Origin: an uncultured Acidobacteriota bacterium
GTDB lineage: Bacteria > Acidobacteriota > Blastocatellia > RBC074
Direction of reading: 5' to 3'
DNA: 42,451 nucleotides
Assembly: GCA_903828635.1 (NCBI GenBank)
Contig: CAIKMY010000092.1
Location: forward strand, 1 to 42,451
Below, one piece after another: positions 8,113-15,965 of this stretch; within the stretch, counting starts at the first letter, position 1, and each line of letters starts with the position of its first letter. The notes under the pieces were generated by a model, which was not told where the DNA came from, made no database searches, and was given only the letters and a program-made list of their open reading frames with translations. A program made the position numbers and the translations under genes.

Positions 8113-11100
8113 ATGGCACACTCAAAGCATCAGGAGACGGGCACGACTCCGGCCGAGCGGCTGGGCCAGGTGCTGTCGCACGCAGCACACCTGCTGCCGG
8201 CTCAGGGCCCGATCGGTGTCTTTATTCATCACAACACCCTGCACGCCTTCCAGCACCTGCCATTTGAGCAGGCAGTGGTCGAGGCGGGCAGGATCTTTGG
8301 GGCCGAGCCATTCCTGACCGAGGCCCGCTATCGTGACGAGATTCGCCGCGGAAGGATCCTGCCTGGTGATATCGACGAGGTGCTCGGCGAAGAGAAGGAC
8401 CTGACCATCTGGCCACGGACACTCAGCCGACAGGGGCTGCGGCGAACCCTGCTCAGGCAGGGGCTGCGCAGATTTACCGCCGACAACATCGAGTGGATGA
8501 TTGAAGAAGAGGGATTGCTCGACCGGCTGCGTGACGATCTGGAGCCGGCTGCCCGTGAATCAATACTTGGAGTTGCATCGACAGGCAGCACGGACGCCGG
8601 CAACGAACTGACAGCCGGAGAGAGTGAGCGGCAGGCAGCACGGGCGCTCTTTGCGGCCTGCTATCGCCGGCTTCCACTCTCGGAGTCGCCGGAGGCGCCG
8701 CGGCCGGAGCGACCGCGAGATGCGATTCTGACGGCTGGTGGCGAAGACATTGATGAGGAGATCAATGCCCTGCTCATCCGGCTCTGCGCCGTCTTCCTCG
8801 ATCAGGGACAGGCCTACTGGCCAATGCCTCAACGCAGGAGTGGTTTTTATCAGGCGGTTCGCAGCCTCTTTGGAACGGCGGGGATCTTTGCGCTCATGCC
8901 GGATCGTCGCCATTTCAAAGGGCTTGGTGCGCAGTTCCAGCGTCAGGCCAATGACAGAATGACCGCCAGCGAGGTGGTGCTGTCAATCCTCGACAAGTTT
9001 GGAGTTGCGGAAGCGGACTGGGAAAGTTTTCTGACAGCCGAACTGTTATCGCTGCCCGGCTGGGCAGGTCTGATGAGTCAGCTTGAGAGCAATCCGGCGC
9101 TCGCGCCTCATGAGCCTCTTCCGGCGTCACTTCTCGACTATCTGGCGGTGCGATTAACGCTGATGGAGACAGCCGCCGCCAATGCCTGGCGCATGAGCGG
9201 CCAGACCGGCGAAGTCGCGAGTTCGTGGAGAAGAGTGGTCGCACCAAAGTCGTTACCATCGGAAGCCGCGCACATGGCCGAGGTTGCCCGCCTTTATGAT
9301 GCCGCACAAATGCTCGGGATCTCAGCGGGTGAGCTCAGTTCACTGAGCGAGGTGGAGTTTCAGCGGCTGATGGCGGAACTGACAATCTTTGACGAAAACG
9401 AACGGCGCCGCCTGCTGCATCTCGCCTACGAGCGTCGCCATGAAAAGGAGATCCTCGCGCCAATCAATCATCACCGGCAGGCGATCAATCCGTCGAGGAG
9501 CGCGGAGCGACCGCGGGCTCAGGTCTTCTTCTGCATCGACGAACGCGAGGAGTCGATGCGACGGGCACTGGAAGAGTGTGCCCCCGAGGTCGAGACGCTG
9601 GGCGCCGCCGGATTCTTCGGGGTAGCGGTCAATTACAAGGGCATCGATGATGCGCACGGCGTGGCGCTCTGCCCGGTAGTGGTCACACCACAGCATGCGA
9701 TCATCGAGAAGCCGGCTGCGAATGAAGCCCATCTGCATGAAAAACGGCAGCGGCGGCGCCGGCTCTGGGCAGATCTGACTCACGCCAGCTTCATTGGCTC
9801 ACGCACGCTGATTCGCGGATGGATCGGCACAACCGGGCTGGGCATTGCCTCACTCTTTCCACTGGTCATGCGGGTGCTGGCTCCGCGAAGAGCGGGAGAG
9901 ATCTACCGCTGGCTCGGGAAGAGGTTCCTGCCTGATCCGCGCACCGAACTGACGCTGATGCGCAACGACCAGTCAGAACAGGCGGCAGTGACCGATCAGT
10001 TACTCCTCGGATTCACCATCTGCGAGAAGGCAGAGCGTGTCGCCTCAGTGCTGCGTCCGGCTGGTGCGATTCGCAATCTTGCACGCCTTGTCGTCATTCT
10101 CGGACACGGATCGACGAGCCTCAACAATCCGCACGAATCGGCTCACGATTGCGGTGCCTGCGGCGGCAGGCGGGGTGGTCCGAATGCCCGGCTTTTCGCG
10201 GCAATGGCCAATAATCCCAATGTTCGTCGGCAATTGCGTGATATGGGGAGCGACATCCCCGAGGATACCTGGTTTCTTGGAGGCTATCACGACACCTGCA
10301 ATGACGATGTGATCTTCTTCGACGAGCAGCTGGCACCAGCCAGCCACGCCGAAGACCTGAGATTCGCGCGCACGGTCTTGGACGCAGCCCGTGCAGCGAA
10401 TGCGCTTGAACGCTCACGCCGCTTTGAAGCGGCGTGGGCGGACAAGTCGCCCGCAGCGGCGCTTCGCCACGTGCAGGAGCGTGCCGAGCATCTTGCCGAA
10501 CCGCGTCCCGAGTATGGCCACGCGACCAACGCCGTAACGATCGTCGGTCGTCGCCAGATGACAACCGGACTCTTTCTTGACCGGCGAGCATTTCTCATCT
10601 CCTACGACCCGACAACCGACGCTGACGGGCGGTCACTGGCAGCACTGCTTGGAGCCGCAGGTCCGGTCTGTGCCGGGATCAACCTTGAGTATTATTTCTC
10701 CTACGTCGACAACGAACGCTACGGATGTGGAACCAAGCTGCCCCACAACGTCACCGGACTGGTTGGCGTCATGAATGGTCACGCCAGCGATCTGCGCACC
10801 GGGCTGCCCTGGCAAATGGTCGAGGTCCACGAGCCGGTACGGCTCCTGCTGATCGTTGAAAACACCCCGGAAAAGACTCTCGCCGCCGCCTTCCAGAGCC
10901 CGGTTGTCCGTGAATTGATCGAGAAGCGCTGGATTCGCCTGGTCACGATCGATCCTGTGGATGGCACAATTCACGTTTACAGGTCTGGCAAGAATGGCGA
11001 AGACGCCCGGTTTGAGCCCTTTACCGAAACGGTTGAGAGGCTGCCGGAGTTTAACAGCTCGCCGGAATGGTACCTCGGTAAGCTTGAACACCTGCCGATC

Positions 11101-11121
11101 GTGCGTATCCGGCAGTCATAG
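8113..11121 (+). CDS. dabA: Inorganic carbon transporter subunit DabA (DUF2309/UPF0753, beta-carbonic-anhydrase-like)
   Basis: LPAQGPIGVFIHHNTLHAF N-terminus. Zn ligands in FCIDEREES (C, D), GHGS (H) and DCGACGG (C, 15 residues after H). Also EPRPEYGHA, INLEYYFS and GDL-like DLRTGLPWQ. Confidence 0.93.
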   Translation: MAHSKHQETGTTPAERLGQVLSHAAHLLPAQGPIGVFIHHNTLHAFQHLPFEQAVVEAGRIFGAEPFLTEARYRDEIRRGRILPGDIDEVLGEEKDLTIWPRTLSRQGLRRTLLRQGLRRFTADNIEWMIEEEGLLDRLRDDLEPAARESILGVASTGSTDAGNELTAGESERQAARALFAACYRRLPLSESPEAPRPERPRDAILTAGGEDIDEEINALLIRLCAVFLDQGQAYWPMPQRRSGFYQAVRSLFGTAGIFALMPDRRHFKGLGAQFQRQANDRMTASEVVLSILDKFGVAEADWESFLTAELLSLPGWAGLMSQLESNPALAPHEPLPASLLDYLAVRLTLMETAAANAWRMSGQTGEVASSWRRVVAPKSLPSEAAHMAEVARLYDAAQMLGISAGELSSLSEVEFQRLMAELTIFDENERRRLLHLAYERRHEKEILAPINHHRQAINPSRSAERPRAQVFFCIDEREESMRRALEECAPEVETLGAAGFFGVAVNYKGIDDAHGVALCPVVVTPQHAIIEKPAANEAHLHEKRQRRRRLWADLTHASFIGSRTLIRGWIGTTGLGIASLFPLVMRVLAPRRAGEIYRWLGKRFLPDPRTELTLMRNDQSEQAAVTDQLLLGFTICEKAERVASVLRPAGAIRNLARLVVILGHGSTSLNNPHESAHDCGACGGRRGGPNARLFAAMANNPNVRRQLRDMGSDIPEDTWFLGGYHDTCNDDVIFFDEQLAPASHAEDLRFARTVLDAARAANALERSRRFEAAWADKSPAAALRHVQERAEHLAEPRPEYGHATNAVTIVGRRQMTTGLFLDRRAFLISYDPTTDADGRSLAALLGAAGPVCAGINLEYYFSYVDNERYGCGTKLPHNVTGLVGVMNGHASDLRTGLPWQMVEVHEPVRLLLIVENTPEKTLAAAFQSPVVRELIEKRWIRLVTIDPVDGTIHVYRSGKNGEDARFEPFTETVERLPEFNSSPEWYLGKLEHLPIVRIRQS

Positions 11122-11137
11122 AAGTGAGAACTTAGTC

Positions 11138-12547
11138 ATGGAGAAGATTTCAGCCCTTATCGTATTTCTGCCTGGTCTGGTTGCAGCAACGCTCGGATTG
11201 GGATGGCTGCTTGGCTGGAAACCAGGGGAGCGCACCGTCGCACGAATGACCAGCTCCTGTTACCTGCTGGCAGGCGTGGCCGTAGTGGCACTGCTCGGCT
11301 GGATGCTGCAGACAGGTCAACACGAAGTCCGCCTCTCACTCGGTTACTGGTTTGAGCTTGAGGAGTATCGTTTTCCCCTGGTGCTGCTGATCGACCGTTT
11401 GTCGATGCCGCTGGTGGCCTTGAGCGTGCTGCTCGTCGGGGTGATCGGTGCCTTCTCCGTGAGCTACGTCCATCGTGACGAGGGTTTTCTGCGGTTCTTC
11501 GTGCTGCTCAACCTTTTTGGATTCGGGATATTGCTGCTCTTCACGGCAGGATCGTTCGACCTGATGATTGCCGGGTGGGAGTTGGTCGGGCTGACCTCGG
11601 TGCTGTTGATCGGCTTCTTCCAATTTCGTAACGATCCGGTGAGAAGCGCGCTGCGCGTCTTCCTGACCTACCGCATCTGTGACATCGGGCTGCTGACGGG
11701 CGTGGCGATGCTGCATCATTTCGCCGGAACGGGATCATTCGACCAGCTCTTCACCGGGCCCTGGCCGAACGGCATCTCGCTGCTGACCGGTACCGGAGCA
11801 ATGATTGTCGGCGCACTCTTCCTGCTGGCGGCAATGGGCAAGGCCGCGCAGGTTCCTTTTTCAGGATGGTTGCCGCGGGCAATGGAAGGACCAACCCCGT
11901 CGAGTGCGATCTTTTACGGAGCACTTTCAGTCCATGCGGGTGCCTATCTGCTGCTGCGAGCCCAGCCGCTGATCGCCTCATCGCTGGTAGTCTCGGCGGC
12001 GGTGGTGACGATCGGCATCGTGACAGCAATTCACGGAACGATGGTCGGCCGAGCCTGTGCCGATGCCAAAACGGCAATCGGATATGCGGCGATGAGCCAG
12101 CTCGGTATCATCTTTGTCGAGATTGGTCTGGGATTGAAATGGATAGCGTTGACCCATATCACCGGTCATGCAGTGGTACGCACGCTGCAGTTTCTGCGTG
12201 CCCCGTCGATGCTGCACGATCATCATCGATTGCATGCGGCGGCGGGAGGCCATCTGGGCGAGACAGGAGCCCACTTTGAAATGCTGTTGCCGGCAAGCCT
12301 GCGCGTCTGGCTCTACCGCCTGGCAATCGAGCGTGGCCATCATGACACGATGCTCGATCGCTGCATCGTTGCACCGGTGATCAGACTGGCAGGGCAAATG
12401 GAGATGATCGAAGAGCGATTAGCCAACTCCATCATCGGACCGGCAAGACCTGAGCACGAACGGCTGGCAATTCGCAACGGGCTGCGCTCAATTGGTAAAT
12501 CAGGACGGGTAGCTCTCGGCCACAAACTGGAGAATGCGGATGTCTGA
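11138..12547 (+). CDS. dabB: DabB, NuoL/ND5-like proton-conducting membrane subunit (PF00361/PF00662)
   Basis: IDRLS, GWELVGLTS.LLIGF, GKAAQVPFSGWLPRAMEGPTPSSA and HAG.YLL. Shorter than NuoL and directly after dabA. Start reassigned to ATG 11138; the ORF-track start overlaps dabA. Confidence 0.9.
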   Translation: MEKISALIVFLPGLVAATLGLGWLLGWKPGERTVARMTSSCYLLAGVAVVALLGWMLQTGQHEVRLSLGYWFELEEYRFPLVLLIDRLSMPLVALSVLLVGVIGAFSVSYVHRDEGFLRFFVLLNLFGFGILLLFTAGSFDLMIAGWELVGLTSVLLIGFFQFRNDPVRSALRVFLTYRICDIGLLTGVAMLHHFAGTGSFDQLFTGPWPNGISLLTGTGAMIVGALFLLAAMGKAAQVPFSGWLPRAMEGPTPSSAIFYGALSVHAGAYLLLRAQPLIASSLVVSAAVVTIGIVTAIHGTMVGRACADAKTAIGYAAMSQLGIIFVEIGLGLKWIALTHITGHAVVRTLQFLRAPSMLHDHHRLHAAAGGHLGETGAHFEMLLPASLRVWLYRLAIERGHHDTMLDRCIVAPVIRLAGQMEMIEERLANSIIGPARPEHERLAIRNGLRSIGKSGRVALGHKLENADV

Positions 12548-14009
12548 AACGCTGATCCTTCCCTGGGTAAGTCTGAGTGTGCTGACGCTGACGACAGCGG
12601 CCATCTGGTCGTGGCGCCAGCAGACGGCAGAGTCAGCGCGACGTGGTGGAACAATCGCGCTGGGACTGGCGACAATCCTGCTGATTGCCGTCGGAGCAGA
12701 GACTGCATTTGGCGGGCACTCGCTGCACGAACCACTCCCGGTCGCACTGCGCTGGGTGCTGATCGACGCGCTCAACGCCACACCGCTGCCACTCTACGCT
12801 GCATTGGCCCTGGGCCTCATGATTCTTGCGCCGCGACGCAAGGTGACACCGCAGTGGGTCTCGGGCATTCTGCTGCTGACGGTTGCCACCATTGTCGCTT
12901 ATGCGGCCGGGAATCTGGCAATCTTTGCGCTCGGCTGGGTGATTTCGCTGGTGCCGTTTTTTGAGCGACGATTCTTCGCGATCACCGATCAGAATCCGAT
13001 GCCATTGCCGGCACGTATCGTCCTCGCCTTCAGTGCGGTTCTGGTCATTGCCGGGGTGGCAATGATCGCCCTCGAGACGCCGGGCGACCTGACGACGAAG
13101 CTGAGTATCGGATTGCCGCGTACCGGTCTCTCGACAATGCTCTTCCAGGCGTTCGGCTGCCTGATGGCCGCAGTCTTTCTGCGCAAGGGCCTGGTGCCGG
13201 CCCACACCTGGGTACTGCCCTCATTTGAACGCGGTCCGCTGATCCCGCTGACCCTGCTCTTCAATGGCCACCTCGGAGCCTTCCTCATCGCGAGGATAAC
13301 CCTGCCGGCGCTGCCGGATATCTCCTCCCAGGCCCTGCCGCTGCTGGGAAACCTCGGCTTGCTGACGGCCGCCTTCACGGCGGTGCTGGCCATCGTCGAG
13401 CGTCAGCCTCGCCGGCTGCTGGCATTGCTCGCCATCAGTCAGGCATCCTTTCTCGTGGTCGGACTCGAAAGCAGAAATCCCGACGCCATCGCCGGTGCGC
13501 TGGTTCACTGGCAGGTAGTCGCCATCGCCTCATCGATGCTGACCGCGGTCTACGCCGCGATCGAGGCAAGGCTTGGAGCGGCACCCGACGCCAGACAACA
13601 TCTCGGGCTGGCCTCCGGAGCCCCGCGCCTTGCGGTCTTCTTTGCCGCTGGCGGACTCGCACTCGTCGGACTGCCGCTGACCCTCGGCTTCTGCGCCGAG
13701 GACCTTCTGCTCCACGGCACCATGGAGACACATCCACAAATCGGCATCATCCTGCCGATCGTCACCGCACTCAATGCCTTTAACGTGCTGCGGCTCTTCG
13801 CGAGGCTCTTCCTCGGCAAACCATCGCAGTCGGCCATCGAGATCAGGGACGCACTCCCACGCGAGCGCTGGGTGCTGACGGCAGCGCTCCTCTTTCTGCT
13901 GATCGGGGGCCTGCGACCAGCATACTTCGTGCACCTCCCCGCAAAGGCAGCGGAGATGATCCGTCCCGGCTTCGGAGCCGGGGCCACTTCTTCGAGGAGC
14001 GTCAAGTGA
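12540..14009 (+). CDS. Second proton-conducting transporter subunit (NuoM/ND4-like, DabC-type third subunit)
   Basis: Highly hydrophobic, with PAHTW, LALVGLPLTLGFCAEDLLL and DALPRER resembling NuoM. Overlaps the dabB stop; GGAG SD precedes ATG 12540. Confidence 0.82.
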   Translation: MSETLILPWVSLSVLTLTTAAIWSWRQQTAESARRGGTIALGLATILLIAVGAETAFGGHSLHEPLPVALRWVLIDALNATPLPLYAALALGLMILAPRRKVTPQWVSGILLLTVATIVAYAAGNLAIFALGWVISLVPFFERRFFAITDQNPMPLPARIVLAFSAVLVIAGVAMIALETPGDLTTKLSIGLPRTGLSTMLFQAFGCLMAAVFLRKGLVPAHTWVLPSFERGPLIPLTLLFNGHLGAFLIARITLPALPDISSQALPLLGNLGLLTAAFTAVLAIVERQPRRLLALLAISQASFLVVGLESRNPDAIAGALVHWQVVAIASSMLTAVYAAIEARLGAAPDARQHLGLASGAPRLAVFFAAGGLALVGLPLTLGFCAEDLLLHGTMETHPQIGIILPIVTALNAFNVLRLFARLFLGKPSQSAIEIRDALPRERWVLTAALLFLLIGGLRPAYFVHLPAKAAEMIRPGFGAGATSSRSVK

Positions 14010-14758
14010 AATCATTGAAACTTGGGACATCGGGAACCTGGCTGCTCTTCGCGGCTCTCTCAATTGGCATCAGCGGTCGGGCGCAGACCCCGGCAACCTC
14101 GCAGGCCGGACTGGCGGCGCAAACCTCGACCGAGGCATCACAGGTTACTCCGCCGCGCGAGGACCATCAGTTCTGGAACGAGATCCAGCTCACCAAACAT
14201 CTCAATTCGAAGCAGGATCTGGTGACGATAGGTGTGGTGCGTATCGGGCGCAACTGGCAGCGACCGGTAGACGAGCGCATCGGCGTCGGACTTGCCTTCA
14301 GGATCAATCCTCACCTGATGATCATGCCAACCTATCTCCACGTCGAATACCAGCCATACCCCGGCAGGATCATTCACGAGGAACGCCTGATCCTCAATGC
14401 CACCCTCAGGGGAACACTCCGGAAGTTCCTCTTTACCGATCGTAACCTTTACGAGCGCCGCGTCCGCCCGGGCACTGCCGACTTCAATATCTACCGCAAC
14501 CGCCTGCAGATCGACCATCCCGCCCATCTCGGCAGCTTTAAATTCAAGCCATTTGTTGCCGACGAAGCGTGGTATTCTTCCCAACATCGCGCCAATGGCC
14601 AACAATTTGGCTGGTTTCGCAATCGCATCTCGGCAGGGATCATTAAACAACTGAGCGAGCACCTCAGCGGCGAGTTCTTTCTGCTGATGCAGAATGACGG
14701 ACTCTCGCGTCCGGGCAATATCCCTGTGGTTGGCACTCTCTTCCGATATACGCTCTGA
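14006..14758 (+). CDS. DUF2490-like outer-membrane beta-barrel protein
   Basis: Signal peptide, alternating amphipathic beta-strands, EER, DRNLYERR, YRNRLQI, ADEAWY and RNRISAG motifs, C-terminal strand GTLFRYTL. GTGA overlap with the upstream gene. Confidence 0.72.
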   Translation: MKSLKLGTSGTWLLFAALSIGISGRAQTPATSQAGLAAQTSTEASQVTPPREDHQFWNEIQLTKHLNSKQDLVTIGVVRIGRNWQRPVDERIGVGLAFRINPHLMIMPTYLHVEYQPYPGRIIHEERLILNATLRGTLRKFLFTDRNLYERRVRPGTADFNIYRNRLQIDHPAHLGSFKFKPFVADEAWYSSQHRANGQQFGWFRNRISAGIIKQLSEHLSGEFFLLMQNDGLSRPGNIPVVGTLFRYTL

Positions 14759-14808
14759 ACTGTTTTGGAGGCCCCGCTGCCGACGTTCTTCTCTCTGCCC
14801 CCTTCCTG

Positions 14809-14838
14809 ATTGACGAAGTTTCGTCAATGGCCTAATCT
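14809..14838 (+). promoter_or_regulatory. Candidate sigma70 promoter of ttcA overlapped by a 20-bp palindrome
   Basis: TTGACG (14810-14815)-N17-TAATCT (14833-14838). Palindrome ATTGACGAA-GT-TTCGTCAAT at 14809-14828. Confidence 0.5.
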
Positions 14839-14910
14839 TTCACTTTGATCGGATACGATTGAGAAAGAGCAGTGCTGTAAGGAAGGTTTTTCCTGTAAGG
14901 AAGTTTGTTC

Positions 14911-15780
14911 ATGGAACGGTCGGAGCAGCTACAGAAGATTCTGATGCGCCGGATGGGCGAGGCGATCAAGGACTTTGGCATGATAGAGGATGGGGACCGG
15001 ATCATGGTCTGCCTCAGCGGCGGCAAGGACAGTTATACACTGCTGCACTTGCTGATGGCCCTGCAGCGCAAAGCTCCGGTCAGATTTGAGCTGCTGGCAG
15101 TCAATCTCGATCAGAAGCAGCCCGGTTTTCCGGCCCACATTCTGCCCGAATATTTTGCCTCACTCGGGGTTCCGTGGCGGATTATCGAGCGAGACACCTA
15201 CTCAGTAGTCAAGCGGCTGGTACCGGAGGGCAAAACCTTCTGCTCGGTCTGTTCGCGCCTGCGTCGCGGGATCCTCTATAATATTGCCGTTGAGGAGCGG
15301 TGCACGAAGATTGCGCTCGGGCACCATGCCGATGACATTCTGCAGACGTTCCTGCTCAACCTGTTTTATATCGGCACGCTGAAGGCGATGCCTCCAGTGC
15401 TGCGCTCCGATGACGGACGGAACACGGTCATCAGACCTCTCGCCTACATCTGGGAGAAAGATGTTGCCGAGTTCGCGGAGTTGCAGAACTTTCCGATCAT
15501 CCCCTGTGACCTCTGCGGATCCCAGGAGAACCTCAAGCGCAAGCGCATCATGCGGCTGATCGACCAGTTACAGACAGAGATCCCGAACATTCGCAAATCG
15601 ATGCTGACCGCGCTCGGCAATGTGGTCAATACCCACCTGCTGGACAACAATCTCTTTGATTTCCGTGCTTTGGGCATCGGGATCGGCGACATCTCCGGTG
15701 AGCTGGATGCGGCTGTCGGCGTACACGACGAAGCCGGAGCGCCCCTTGCGCAAGCGGCGCTCGTCTCACTGGTCAAATAA
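14911..15780 (+). CDS. ttcA: tRNA 2-thiocytidine(32) synthetase
   Basis: PP-loop [38 protein letters not shown] and [13 protein letters not shown]. Confidence 0.96.
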   Translation: MERSEQLQKILMRRMGEAIKDFGMIEDGDRIMVCLSGGKDSYTLLHLLMALQRKAPVRFELLAVNLDQKQPGFPAHILPEYFASLGVPWRIIERDTYSVVKRLVPEGKTFCSVCSRLRRGILYNIAVEERCTKIALGHHADDILQTFLLNLFYIGTLKAMPPVLRSDDGRNTVIRPLAYIWEKDVAEFAELQNFPIIPCDLCGSQENLKRKRIMRLIDQLQTEIPNIRKSMLTALGNVVNTHLLDNNLFDFRALGIGIGDISGELDAAVGVHDEAGAPLAQAALVSLVK

Positions 15781-15837
15781 AATAGCGGTCAGCATTCACA
15801 ACTAACATCAAAGGTGGGTGTCGGGCAGACCGTCTTT

Positions 15838-15900
15838 CCTGCTGCTGACTGCCTGCTGCTGACTGACGGCTGCTGACTGACGGCTGCTGACTGACGGACG
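15838..15900. repeat. 14-bp tandem repeat (paired heptamers), about 4.5 copies
   Basis: CCTGCTGCTGACTG x2, ACGGCTGCTGACTG x2, then ACGGACG. Intergenic, no spacers. Confidence 0.9.
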
Positions 15901-15965
15901 TCGTCAATTCTCTCTTTCAGACTATATCGCCATTTTCAGGCTCAACAGCATACCCTGGAGGTTCC

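Noticed and set aside
10961-14009. NuoL/NuoM-like genes read as part of respiratory complex I or an Mrp antiporter
   Set aside because: No other nuo or mrp genes are adjacent, the NuoL-like protein is truncated, and both follow DUF2309, which fits the DAB arrangement.
15838-15900. Tandem repeats (also 26806-26844) as a CRISPR array
   Set aside because: Units are 14 bp, directly abutting, with no unique spacers and no cas genes.
15781-15965. Pho box upstream of the phosphatase cluster
   Set aside because: TTCACA and CTAACA half-sites are 7 bp apart rather than the 11-bp period of PhoB/PhoP boxes, and I found no convincing direct repeat.
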